Below, piece after piece: positions 34,432-47,400 of a stretch of DNA of 64,000 nucleotides. Position 1 is the stretch's first letter; the number at the start of each line of letters is the position of its first letter. A program made the position numbers and the translations under genes. Source of the DNA: an uncultured delta proteobacterium (lineage in GTDB: Bacteria > Desulfobacterota > Desulfuromonadia > Desulfuromonadales > JACZKF01); NCBI GenBank assembly GCA_963816395.1, contig CAWFKQ010000016.1:256001-320000 (forward strand), given 5' to 3'. The notes under the pieces were generated by a model that made no database searches, was not told the DNA's origin, and saw only the letters and a program-made list of their open reading frames with translations.

Positions 34432-34528
34432 GCCGGGCAGAAGGCCTATGCCGATCTGCTCAAGAATTTTTCCCTTATTACCTTACGCCTTAGGCCCTGC
34501 GCCTAACGCCTCAGCATCAGGATTTCCT

Positions 34529-37137
<2,609 letters not shown>

Positions 37138-37166
37138 GGCGGCGGAAAAAAGGCAGAAAAAAGGGG

Positions 37167-37195
37167 TTGACTTGGCCCCCTTTCTTCAGTATAAA
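37167..37195 (+). promoter_or_regulatory. Sigma70-type promoter for the tRNA pair
   Basis: TTGACT-17 bp-TATAAA, 20 bp upstream of tRNA-Lys. Confidence 0.65.
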
Positions 37196-37215
37196 GTGCA
37201 GTCTCGTCACGAAAT

Positions 37216-37291
37216 GAGCCGGTAGCTCAGTTGGTAGAGCATCTGACTTTTAATCAGATGGTCGTGGGTTCGATTCCCCCCCGGCTCACCA
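37216..37291 (+). tRNA. tRNA-Lys (anticodon TTT)
   Basis: Cloverleaf with GAGCCGG/CCGGCTC acceptor stem, CTGAC-TTT-TAATCAG anticodon arm, TTCGATT loop and encoded CCA. Confidence 0.95.
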
Positions 37292-37344
37292 TTTTCAAAG
37301 CAGTAGCTGCAGGGTCATTTCCTGCTAGGTACTTGAAGTTTCAA

Positions 37345-37422
37345 GTCCCTATCGTCTAGCCCGGCCCAGGACACCGGCCTTTCACGCCGGCGACGGGGGT
37401 TCGAATCCCCCTGGGGACGCCA
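37345..37422 (+). tRNA. tRNA-Glu (anticodon TTC)
   Basis: GTCCCTA/TGGGGAC acceptor stem, CCGGC-CT-TTC-AC-GCCGG anticodon arm, TTCGAAT loop and encoded CCA. Confidence 0.95.
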
Positions 37423-37430
37423 AAAAGGAA

Positions 37431-37465
37431 AAAGGGTCATCTTCTTAATGGAGATGGCCCTTTTT
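37431..37465 (+). terminator. Rho-independent terminator after the tRNAs
   Basis: AAAGGGTCATCTTC-TTAATG-GAGATGGCCCTTTTT hairpin with T-run. Confidence 0.8.
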
Positions 37466-37974
37466 CTATGCGTGGAATTTATTCGGCAATGGATTTGGCA
37501 ACGAGAGAGGGCAGTCTTTGGAGAATTAAAATTTGACATTTCTGAGTAAAAGTTCTTGAATGGTCCGGAATTCATCCCAAGGGGGGAGCGGATGAGCACA
37601 GGACAGAGGGAAAGTTGAAACGCCACCTTGGACCGGGAGACCGGTCGGGTGGCTTTTTGCGTTTAAAGATTTGGCAATACTTGCAGAGGGACTGGGGCGA
37701 TGACCATCCGAATACCAAAAAAGGGATTTCTCGATAAAATTCTTGCAGGTTTTTGGGAAAAAACGGGCCATTATAGTTCCAAAAAATTTTTATTCTGATT
37801 CCGTCACTCATTCTGATCAATCACTTGAGTTGGAGGGATTTTGGAAAGCTTTATTGCGTCCGCGGGAAAAACCACTTCCTGATAGTTTAATTTCATATGA
37901 TACATGTTGGTCAATCAAGAAAGACATTACAAGTAGACGTTTTGAAATATGTATAAAAAGGGGAGGATGTATAA

Positions 37975-38899
37975 ATGGGATAGTACTTTGAGCGTATTGT
38001 AGTTACGGCAATTTTAGTAATTTTGTTTTCAATAGTTATTTTTCCTAGATCGAGTAAATTGCTAAATGAAAATCCTATTATGGAGGGAGTCGATTCTCAG
38101 GCGAATGAATATGTTAATGCGGGGTTAATCAGAGCAAGTACGACCTTTGCTTTAGTAAACTTAATAAACAGTACCGTTTCAATATTTCAATCAAGCTCGG
38201 TCGATCTTGAGCCTGGGAGGCATAGGGGTAACTGTCGCCGCTGGTCAATGTCTTGACCCTGTTAAAGATATGGTGGAACGCTTTTCATGGGTGATGCTTG
38301 CCAGCATGTCCTCTCTTGGAATTCAAAAAATTCTTATTGAAGTTGGAGCCTGGGTAAGCGTAGGTATCATTTTACCAATTGGTTTGCTACTTTTTATATT
38401 CAGCTTATGGATTGGGGATAAATTTTCATCGAATTTACGACGGGTAGGGGGGGCGCTTTTGTTGCTTGCACTACTTATCAGATTTGCAGTTCCGGCTATG
38501 GCTTTTATGAACCACGAAGTATATGAAAAACTATTAAGCAAGAAATATGAAGAAGCTTCTGGAGCAATTGGTAAAAATGTTGCAAACTTAAAAGACCTCG
38601 AAATAGGTGATGAAAGCCAAGATCAGTCAGACAATTTCAATAAAAAAGAAGAAGCCGAACATGGCTGGTTTGAGAAGGCCAAGGCCATGGTCGCTACTGC
38701 CGTTGTTCAAACAGAGAAGTCAATTGACATAACATCCAAAATACAAAAAATCAAAATTATATCCACAGGTATTCTAGACCATATGATTAATCTTATCGTG
38801 GTGTTTCTGATTAATACCATAGTATTGCCATCATTGTTCTTATTGGGCATATTGAAAGTTAGCAAATTAGTGATATCGCATGATTTTAGTAACCTATAG
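37975..38899 (+). CDS. Hypothetical membrane protein; frameshifted (ORFs 38023.. and 38207.. join)
   Basis: TTFAL..INSTVS...GIGVTVAAGQCLDPVKDMVERFSWVML; several TM segments. Confidence 0.6.
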
Positions 38900-39027
38900 A
38901 ATCAATTTTGAAAAAATATGGCAAATAGTTTTGTCTGCGTTAACTACTGGTGGGTTTATCTCTACCTTTTTTGGCTCTGGAAATATAGGTGTTGCCATTG
39001 GCGTTGGGCACACAATCGGTTAAGTAT

Positions 39028-39249
39028 TCAATTATAAAATTTGCTTTTTGCTAAGTTATACAAAAATCCAATTATAAAGGAAAATAATCCATAAAATATC
39101 ACAGTTGCGACAATTGATGATGTAATTATTACAAGTCAAAATAGCCGAGGTGCAGCGAAAAAGGCGATAAACGAGAAAATACAAGTCATAGTTAGGGCAA
39201 ATTTGATGGCCCTAAAGCAAACAATTGAATTTTTTCTCAACTTTTTCAC
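39028..39249 (-). pseudogene. Copy of the 73-aa membrane protein gene with an internal stop codon
   Basis: GGA (40565..40567) is TGA at 39136..39138. Confidence 0.7.
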
Positions 39250-39266
39250 TTTTTAATATTATTTTT

Positions 39267-39991
39267 TTATTCTTCAGAATGGCTCTCTATAAATAATGTT
39301 TGCTCTGAACTATTTTTTACCTTGTTTAAAAGCAGGTATTCCAATTCCTCATTTGCAATAAGTTCTTCACAGAGAATAAACAATGATTCATTCGTCTTAT
39401 CATTTATTTCAGAAAAATTGATCTCTTTGCTTTCAGGAAAGAGTTTTTTTAGAATAGTTGTATTTTTCTGCTCTTCATCTGCATATTTCCTTAAAAAAGG
39501 TAATTTCAACTCATATGGTATATATGATCTAATTTCACCCTTTCTCTTCCGTGCACCATAACACTTTGTAAGTTGTCCATCGACTTCTTCTTTTGTGAAT
39601 TGTGGAACAAGTCCATTTTGCAATACGGAACAGTAAAATATATTAAGTTCTTTGACCGTTTCAGCCAAGCTGTTGCATTGGTGCAACAAATACCCTGGAA
39701 AACGTAAGTCTTTGCATTTATTAACATGGCCTCGAACTGCATATAGATCATATTGTAGAGCATGGGATATTCCTCTATCTATCCCGGTCCTCCCTGTATG
39801 GCTGCTTACGAAATAATCAATTGAGTTTGATAAAAATAATATTTCATTTTGCCCCTTTATAATGTTGTGCTCGTTTGAAATTTCTTTAGCAAATCTTTTT
39901 ATTTGATTTTCGGAAAAACTGAGAGGAATACTGAGGCCATTATCAACAATACCAAGCTTTTTATTTAATTTAATGTTCTCTTTGTCAGATG
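39267..39991 (-). pseudogene. 5'-truncated copy of the ~290-aa hypothetical gene
   Basis: Open frame matching copy 2 from KENIKLNKK onward; first ~50 codons missing. Confidence 0.6.
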
Positions 39992-40434
39992 AGGAAGTGG
40001 GGGACGCCGGTAAGAAATGTAAGAAGTTCACCTCGCTTTGTTATTCGATGTGGTGGAAGAGATGGCGAGGCAGGCATGACTGAACGTCTCCGGGCTGGTT
40101 CATCATGTGCGATTGTAGCAAGACTGACCACCGTCGCATTTCCAATATCGAGAATCTGACGGAGGTAAACTAATAGGACGGAATAAGCCGGAAGCAAATT
40201 CTCGGCCAAGGTCGTACCTGTAATATTAACCGAGCCCGAAGAGAGTTTTACCTTAAGGCTCATGAGGAGACCGGCTACGCAGCATCCGTGTTGGGGCGGG
40301 TTTCAGAAAAGACGCATGTGGCTGTTGGCCTGGCAATAGCGCGGGCGAAATTGGCGAGAAGACCAAAGCACGAATTTGAAAAATAAGTTTCGTAACTTAC
40401 CCGCGGCCCCCCCCTCTCGTATGGGTAATCTGAG

Positions 40435-41421
40435 GGGCACACAATCGGTTAAGTATTCAATTATAAAATTTGCTTTTTGCTAAGTTATACAAAAATCCAA
40501 TTATAAAGGAAACTAATCCATAAAATATCACAGTTGCGACAATTGATGATGTAATTATTACAAGTCCAAATAGCCGAGGTGCAGCGAAAAAGGCGATAAA
40601 CGAGAAAATACAAGTCATAGCTAGGGCAAATTTGATGGCCCTAAAGCAAACAATTGAATTTTTTCTCAACTTTTTCACTTTTTAATATTATTTTTTTATT
40701 CTTCAGAATGGCTCTCTATAAATAATGTTTGCTCTGAACTATTTTTTACCTTGTTTAAAAGCAGGTATTCCAATTCCTCATTTGCAATAAGTTCTTCACA
40801 AAGAATAAACAATGATTCATTTGTCTTATCATTTATTTCAGAAAAATTGATCTCTTTGCTTTCAGGAAAGAGTTTTTTTAGAATAGTTGTATTTTTCTGC
40901 TCTTCATCTGCATATTTCCTTAAAAAAGGTAATTTCAACTCATATGGTATATATGATCTAATTTCACCCTTTTCTCTTCCGTGCACCATAACACTTTGTA
41001 AGTTGTTCATCGACTTCTTCTTTTGTGAATTGTGGAACAAGTCCATTTTGCAACACGGAACAGTAAAATATATTAAGTTCTTTGACCGTTTCGGCCAAGC
41101 TGTTGCATTGGTGCAACAAATACCCTGGAAAACGTAAGTCTTTGCATTTATTAACATGGCCTCGAACTGCATATAGATCATATTGTAGAGCATGGGATAT
41201 TCCTCTATCTATCCCGGTCCTCCCTGTATGGCTGCTTACGAAATAATCAATTGAGTTTGATAAAAATAATATTTCATTTTGCCCCTTTATAATGTTGTGT
41301 TCGTTTGAAATTTCTTTAGCAAATCTTTTTATTTGATTTTCGGAAAAACTGAGAGGAATACTGAGGCCATTATCAACAATACCAAGCTTTTTATTTAATT
41401 TAATGTTCTCTTTGGCAGATG
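40435..41421. repeat. Direct repeat copy 2
   Basis: Offset 1429-1430 bp from copy 1. Confidence 0.95.
40457..40678 (-). CDS. 73-aa hypothetical protein with two TM segments
   Basis: GTG start 17 bp after the upstream stop; two hydrophobic stretches with basic termini. Confidence 0.6.
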   Translation of the reverse strand: MKKLRKNSIVCFRAIKFALAMTCIFSFIAFFAAPRLFGLVIITSSIVATVIFYGLVSFIIGFLYNLAKSKFYN

Positions 41422-41569
41422 TATCAGCATTTACGGCCGAAATTCCACCCTGGATAAACCGAATGCCGATCAAGGAAGCCTTTTTAACTGCAGGAATAGA
41501 TATTTCCAATAACTTTTTTCCTCCTACAGCCGAAATCTTTCCTGCCATTGTTGCCATTTGTAAGTACAT
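40696..41569 (-). CDS. ~290-aa hypothetical protein; 1-nt frameshift at ~40970
   Basis: AAGGAGG RBS before ATG 41569; the T3 run in copy 1 (T4 here) restores the frame. Confidence 0.7.
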
Positions 41570-41742
41570 TTTTCACGCCTCCTTGAACTCGGTAATTCGG
41601 TAAGACTGCCACCAAGTAAAGCCCAAAATAGAGCAGCCTTGAAATAATTTGCCAGCTATAATTAAAAATAATAATGTCCCCGTGTCAAGCGTTTTCTACG
41701 GTTAACTTTACTGTTTAGATGGCTATGCCATGAGGTTCAGAG

Positions 41743-41805
41743 AGGTGCGAAAAGGGGGCAGGCTGGTTTTTGAGATGAAATAGAGGGGATATGCCGCGAG
41801 TATGG
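41743..41805 (+). repeat. ~60-bp direct repeat left of the toxin-antitoxin module
   Basis: AGGTGCGAAAAGGGG.CAGGCTGGTTTTTGAGATGAAATAGAGGGGATATGCCGCGAGTATGG. Confidence 0.9.
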
Positions 41806-41974
41806 AGGGGGTTAGCTGACGGGTATTTCTATCATGTACTCCTGCTTAAGTTCGCCGGGCCTTCAGCCGGCCTGACGCATGCCGGTTCCCCCTCCGGGTC
41901 ATCTCCTTCCCAGGTTGTATGCAGATCCCGAATCTGATATTGTGTATTGCAATTGCATCGCAAGGAGATTGTCA

Positions 41975-42238
41975 ATGAAAACCGCCACCATACCTTCACT
42001 TCGCGTCGACCCCGAGTTACGGGCGGCGGCCGAAAACGTTTTGCAGAAAGGCGAAAGCTTGTCCAGCTTTGTCGAGGAATCTCTGCGGGCCGGGATCGAA
42101 CGTCGGCTTCTGCAGCGCGAGTTTATTGCCCGGGGTCTTGCCGCACGGGATGAGGCCCGCCGGACCGGCGAATATTTCGCGGCCGAAGATGTCTTGAGCG
42201 AACTGGACCGGATGCTGTTCGCTGCCGAAGGAAAGTGA
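41975..42238 (+). CDS. YlcI/YnfO-like ribbon-helix-helix antitoxin
   Basis: MKTATIPSLRVDPELR...ESLSSFVE...EFIARGLA; AAGGAG RBS; overlaps the toxin start (GTGA). Confidence 0.8.
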   Translation: MKTATIPSLRVDPELRAAAENVLQKGESLSSFVEESLRAGIERRLLQREFIARGLAARDEARRTGEYFAAEDVLSELDRMLFAAEGK

Positions 42239-42534
42239 GCTACCGGGTCCGCTTTACCAAAGGGGCGAAGGAGGATATGCAGCGACTTTATGCCTTCCTC
42301 CTCGAGCACGATCTGCAAGCCGCCCACAAAGCGCGCGCGTCGATCGGGAAGGGAATGGAGTTCCTCCGGGAATTCCCCTTTTCCTGCCGTAAGGTCGTGG
42401 TGGACAATCCATTCTTGCGCGAGATTGTCATTCCCTTCGGTGCGAGCGGCTACGTCGCCCTGTTCGAGATCGAGGACAACGAGACCGTGACCATTCTCGC
42501 AGTCCGGCACCAGCGTGAAGAGGATTACCACTGA
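42235..42534 (+). CDS. RelE/ParE-family type II toxin
   Basis: YRVRFTKGAKEDMQRL...REIVIPFGASGYVALF...ILAVRHQRE. Confidence 0.88.
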   Translation: MSYRVRFTKGAKEDMQRLYAFLLEHDLQAAHKARASIGKGMEFLREFPFSCRKVVVDNPFLREIVIPFGASGYVALFEIEDNETVTILAVRHQREEDYH

Positions 42535-42718
42535 AAAACGCCTGCAAAATTCTCCTGTTCGCCGGCCTGGAACCGGCGTAAAGAGTCTGCCCGCCAATTC
42601 CTTCCTCTGATCCCCCGTTTCTCCGCCAGACCCGCGATACCACATCTGTCGTTATGGCATAACCGCCTTTCACTCTCGCGCGGCTTTCGGCCGGACAAGC
42701 TGTGCCGAAATTTTTTGA

Positions 42719-42793
42719 AGGTGCGAAAAGGGGACAGGCTGGGGGACAGGCTGGTTTTTGAGATGAAATAGAGGGGATATGCCGCGAGTATGG
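42719..42793 (+). repeat. Direct repeat right of the toxin-antitoxin module (GGGGACAGGCTG unit doubled)
   Basis: Matches 41743..41805 with one extra internal 12-bp unit. Confidence 0.9.
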
Positions 42794-42891
42794 GAAAAGA
42801 AGGGGGTCGGGCTTTGCAAGTTGATATTTCTCTGACATAGGTCCCCGCATGGCAGGGGAAACCCCTCCGTCCCAATCCGAAAATAGGCTGG

Positions 42892-43584
42892 TTAGAGATC
42901 CCGAGTCGACAAAAAGACCCGGACACCTCCTTTCTCCGCGGTGAAAAAGGAGACCAGGCCATAGAGGTGATCAACCCGCCGTACCGGATTAAAACCCGCC
43001 GCTTCCATCATCCCCGGCAGATCCCCTTTCAGATTGTCCACGAGCTCCCTCTGAACAAGGAGCCAGCGGGCGCCCCACCCCATCAAGTATCCCCATGCCG
43101 TCGTCGGACGGTCCACGTCCGCAGTGATCAGCCGCCCTCCCGGTCGCAGTACCCGGAACATCTCCGCGAAGGCGTCCCGCTTCAGGGCGGTGTCGATGTG
43201 GTGAGTGAACATGGAGTTGACTATGAGGTCGAAGGAGGCGTCGGGGAACTCCAGCGCCTCGGCGACTCCGGTCACGAACCGGGCCGGCAGGCCGGTTTTT
43301 CGGGCCTTGCGCCGGGCGAGCTCGATCATCCTCGGGGCAGCATCGAGCCCGACAGCCTCACCCGGCGGCTGAAGGTGCGCTGCCGCCAGCAGGGTCAGGC
43401 TGCCGGTGCCGCAGCCGATGTCCAGGATCCGGGCATCGGCGGGGACCTCCATGATCTCCAGGGTCCTCTCCCTGAAGCGTCGCTCCCGTCCGAAGGAGAG
43501 CCCCTCCAGGATGGGATCATAGAGCCAGGCCACATGGTTGAGGTCCCGTCCCCGTGTTTTGGGCTGTCCCGATTTCCTTTCCAT
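42892..43584 (-). CDS. Class I SAM-dependent methyltransferase (UbiE-like fold)
   Basis: ILDIGCGTG, GLDA, FPDASFD, RVLRPGG. Confidence 0.88.
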   Translation of the reverse strand: MERKSGQPKTRGRDLNHVAWLYDPILEGLSFGRERRFRERTLEIMEVPADARILDIGCGTGSLTLLAAAHLQPPGEAVGLDAAPRMIELARRKARKTGLPARFVTGVAEALEFPDASFDLIVNSMFTHHIDTALKRDAFAEMFRVLRPGGRLITADVDRPTTAWGYLMGWGARWLLVQRELVDNLKGDLPGMMEAAGFNPVRRVDHLYGLVSFFTAEKGGVRVFLSTRDL

Positions 43585-43732
43585 CAGACTGCCTCCTCGA
43601 AGGGTGAAAATTCCCCCTCCACGGGGAAAGAACTCTTCCCGGGGAAAAGCATTACGCCCGCTGGCGTCCTCCGACGCCAGGCGGCCTGATTGCACCTCAC
43701 GGCTGGGCCGAAGGCCTCTCGGGAGGGGTTCG

Positions 43733-44320
43733 CTAGACCTTGACCATTTCGATATCGAGGATGATCTTCACCTTGTTGCCCACCACCATTCCGCCGCCCT
43801 CGATCAGGGAATTCCACTTCAGGTTGTAATCCTTGCGGTTGATCTCGGTGGTCGCCGTCGCATGCCGCCGGAGATGACCCGATCGATCCGTTGTCGGAGG
43901 CGAGAGATTTTCCACCTCCAGCGCCACCTCGCGGGTAACCCCGTGCAGCGCCAGGTCGCCGATGACCAGGAAGTGTCTGTCGGCAGACCTGAGCACCTTT
44001 GTCGTCACGAAGGTCATGGTCGGATATCGGGCGACGTCGAAGTAATCCGGGCTGCGCAGGTGCTCATCACGCTTGGCATCGTGCGTGTCGATCGATGCGA
44101 CATCGATGGTGACCGAGGCCCGGGAGCTGGTGAGATCCTTCTCCTGGATTTCGAAGTCAGACGTGTAACGGGCGAAGTCTCCGTTGACGGTGAACATCAG
44201 CTTCCTGACCTGGAAGCCGATCGTGGAGTGGTCGGGATCGATGTGCCATGTCGCGGCCGTGGCGATCCCCGGGAGGAACAGGGTGAGTGCCGTGAGAAGT
44301 GCAATAAAAAGACGTTTCAT
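43733..44320 (-). CDS. YceI-family protein with signal peptide
   Basis: WHIDPDHS, SIDT...RDEHLRSPDYFDVARYP, GDLALHGVT. Confidence 0.92.
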   Translation of the reverse strand: MKRLFIALLTALTLFLPGIATAATWHIDPDHSTIGFQVRKLMFTVNGDFARYTSDFEIQEKDLTSSRASVTIDVASIDTHDAKRDEHLRSPDYFDVARYPTMTFVTTKVLRSADRHFLVIGDLALHGVTREVALEVENLSPPTTDRSGHLRRHATATTEINRKDYNLKWNSLIEGGGMVVGNKVKIILDIEMVKV

Positions 44321-44462
44321 GAGAGATATCCTTTTTTTGAGGAACGATGATAGACAGCCACCAGCCCACTCCCCCGATAGCTGACGCAGATAGGCCCCTG
44401 ATTTATCACTTTTTCAGTCATTAATCAACGGGAGTTTCTCCCCCGGACAGTTCACCTTTCCT

Positions 44463-47400
44463 TCATGCTGCGAAGTTCCGCTGCAGATGCCCCTTGAGCA
44501 TTTCCATGAAATCCGCCTCCCGGTCCCCCCGGTAAACCAGGGACGAGGCGATCTCGCTGGCCATGATGGCAGCGAGATATTTGGCCGGCAGGGACTTTAT
44601 CCTCCGGCGGTATTTCGGCATCTCCCGAATCATCTGCGGCAGGTGGGCGGAAATGGCCTGCCGCATCAGATATTCATCGCTGAGCCCGATATTTTCCTGG
44701 AAGAAATTGAAGAGCCGCGCATAGTGGGCATTGATCTCGCTGCTGATCTCCGCGGAGATTTCGGTGTAGAGCTTGCTGCCGCCGAACTCCTGGTGCCGCC
44801 GGAAGATCAACCGCGCCTCGTCTTCGGCCCGCTTCTCCAGAATCTGAAGGACGTTCGCCACGTAGCGCTGCTTGTGGGCGAGGAACTCCTTCTCCCGCAT
44901 CAGCAGATTGGCGATGATTTCGTAGGAGGAAGAGATGACTCCGCATTTGTTGGCGGAAGCGTCGCGGATGATGATCACTCCCCGCTTCTGCAATTCGACG
45001 CGGGCCGCCGGGGTGATGAAGGAATTGGCTCCTTCGACCACCGCCCGCATGGAGGGCCGGTCGGTGTCCCGGTCGAAGAACTGCCGCCAGTTGCTCTCGT
45101 CGACTGTTTCGGGCCGTCCGCCGGCGGGGATGAACAGGTCGGCGTCCACGGTAAAGATCAGGCTGTCGAACTCCCGGTGGAACTCATCCAGGGTCACCCA
45201 CTGCTCGACCAGCCCGCCTTCGGTGCGAACCACCTTTTTGAACAGCTCCCTCAGCCCCTCGGTGCGCCGGATGTTGCGATACAGGAGGAACCCTCCCGGA
45301 TGGAGCGCCTCGGGAGCGAAGGCCTCGATGTCCTGCTTCAGCACGATGCGTCCCAGCGCCTCGGAGTCGGCGCCGAGCGGGTCGCAGAGGGCGCCGGTCC
45401 CGTCGAGGATCAGGTTGATCCGCACCGCGGGACAGCGCTCAAGGAGCAGGCGGAGCGCATTTCCGGCCACATCGCCCCCCGGCCCGCCGGTGAGTTTGAC
45501 GGAGAACGCGTCGCGTCGCACGTCGATCCCGAGCCGTTCCATGGTGACTTCGGCGAATTTGACCACCCCGGTCGAGGTGACGCCGAATTCCTTGTGATTG
45601 ATCCCCACCTTCTTGCTGGAAATGACCCCGATGCCGAGAAGATAGCCGCGCCGCACCGACTGGCGGGCGATCAGCTCGACCATGCTGTCGTGCATGTTCT
45701 CGTCGGGCCCGAGCTCGATGGCCTCGTCCTCGCCGTAGTAGTCGACCACCCGGGGGTCTTTGGCCCGGCCGTTTTCCGTCACGAAGATGTCGAAGAAGGC
45801 ATTGATGAAGCCGAACTGCAGCTTGTACAGGCGCCGGGTGACCATCTCCCGGTTCTTCAGATCGAGCGCGTCGAGGAGCACGACCATTTTCGAGCCCCCC
45901 TCGTAGATGTCCTTGTTCTTCAGGTGCTGGGTATGGGCCAGGACGTAGTTTTCGCGGAAGATGGTGTTGGCGTTGCTGACGAAGTCGTCCCACCCGTGGG
46001 CCAGGACCGTACGCCAGCCGCCCCGCGCGATATCGGAGAAACCGATGTGATAGCCCGCCCCGTGCCGGCCGTAAAAGAAGGTCACCCGGAAGGGGCGCTC
46101 CGGCGGCAGGTCGGCCGTGAATTCGGTCCCGAGCTCATCCAGGTAGGCCGGATCGAGGCGAAAGGCCAGGGCCTGCTTCTCCGGAACAAAGAAGTTGGTC
46201 TTGAGGGTCCGGGTGATGAAGAGCAGGGCGCAGCGGAAAACGGTGCGGCGGGTCTGGTCGAGGTAGCGATGGCCCGTGTTGTAATCGGCGATCGCCTGGT
46301 CGAGTTCGGCGAGAATCCGCGGGTAAAGCGCCCCCCGGTCCTGCAGGCCCGGCTTGAACCGGGCATGGAACAGGCGCACCATGTCGTGGGCCATCTCCGG
46401 GTGCGAGAGGAAGGCCCGTTCCACGTCCTCGAAGCCATAGCGGTCGGGCTGGCTGTGGGCCAGGTTGGAGTAGCAGAATGCGGTGACGGCATTGATCAGC
46501 GATGCCGATTCCCCCGTCATCACCCCCCGGATGACGAACTTCCGATAGGTGGGCTTGGCGGTGGCAAGGATCTGGGTGTTGTAGAGCTCCGAGCGCAGGT
46601 TTTCGTAGACGGCCGAGCTCTTGTCGGCCAGCTCGGCATAGGTGGAGCGGACATAGAAGGTGCCGAAGAAGTAGGGATGAATCCCGTTGCTGATATTCAT
46701 GCAGTAGGCTCTGCGGACGCCGATCTTGAGCCGGTTGAAGACTTCCATGGTCTGGGCCAGGAAGTCGAACTCGGGAGGATTCCCCGCGGCGAACATGATC
46801 CGGTACTCCCTCCTGTCCTCCCCGTCCACGGATTCCTCGACATCGAAATAGATCCCGCCATGCAGGTTGCTCAGATGGTACATCCAGAGGAGCTGCGCCA
46901 CCCGTTTGGGGGGGGAGATCCGCACGTAACTTTCGTTGTTGAGCCAGATCAGCCGCAGCAGGACATCGAACTGCCCGGGGTCGAAATCGGGGTAATGGTC
47001 GTTGACCGCCGCCTTGATGGCCTTCCGGATGCCCTGCGGGATAACCACTTTCCCCGCGGCGGCCGCGGCGATCTCTTCATGGCTTTTCGAATCGAAATCG
47101 AAGCGCTGAACCTCGAGCTCCTCCTCAAATCCCGGGATCGGTCCGTAGGACTGGGTGAACTGGGCATAGGAGATTTTACGTTCCCGCAGGGAGCGCAGCG
47201 TCTCGTAGAGCGAGCCGAACCGGTTGAACTTGGCGACGATGAGGCGGTTGTCCCGGTCGGCGAGCACCAGCTGCCTCTCCTGCCGCAGCTGCTGGAGACG
47301 GATGGCCAGGGCGGCGACGGCGGCCGGTTCATCCTGCATGGTGATGGCAAAATAGACGTGCATCCGGTCCAGCAGCCAGCGCAGGTTTTCCGCTGCGCTG

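Larger units (their letters stand above)
39006..39991. repeat. Direct repeat copy 1 (~985 bp, ~99% identical to 40435..41421)
   Basis: Aligned by eye: about 10 substitutions and 1 indel. Confidence 0.95.
37470..41740. mobile_element. AT-rich horizontally acquired island next to tRNA-Glu (no integrase seen)
   Basis: Abrupt visible drop in GC immediately after the tRNA terminator; contains only hypothetical genes. Confidence 0.7.

Noticed and set aside
37264..37280. T:C mismatch in the tRNA-Lys T-stem
   Set aside because: It lies in a C homopolymer and is probably a base-calling error
38900..41700. Integron cassette array or prophage
   Set aside because: No integrase, no complete paired attC arms and no phage genes are visible
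41948..41957. TGCAATTGCA palindrome before the antitoxin gene
   Set aside because: Probably an ordinary toxin-antitoxin autoregulatory operator; too short to support as more
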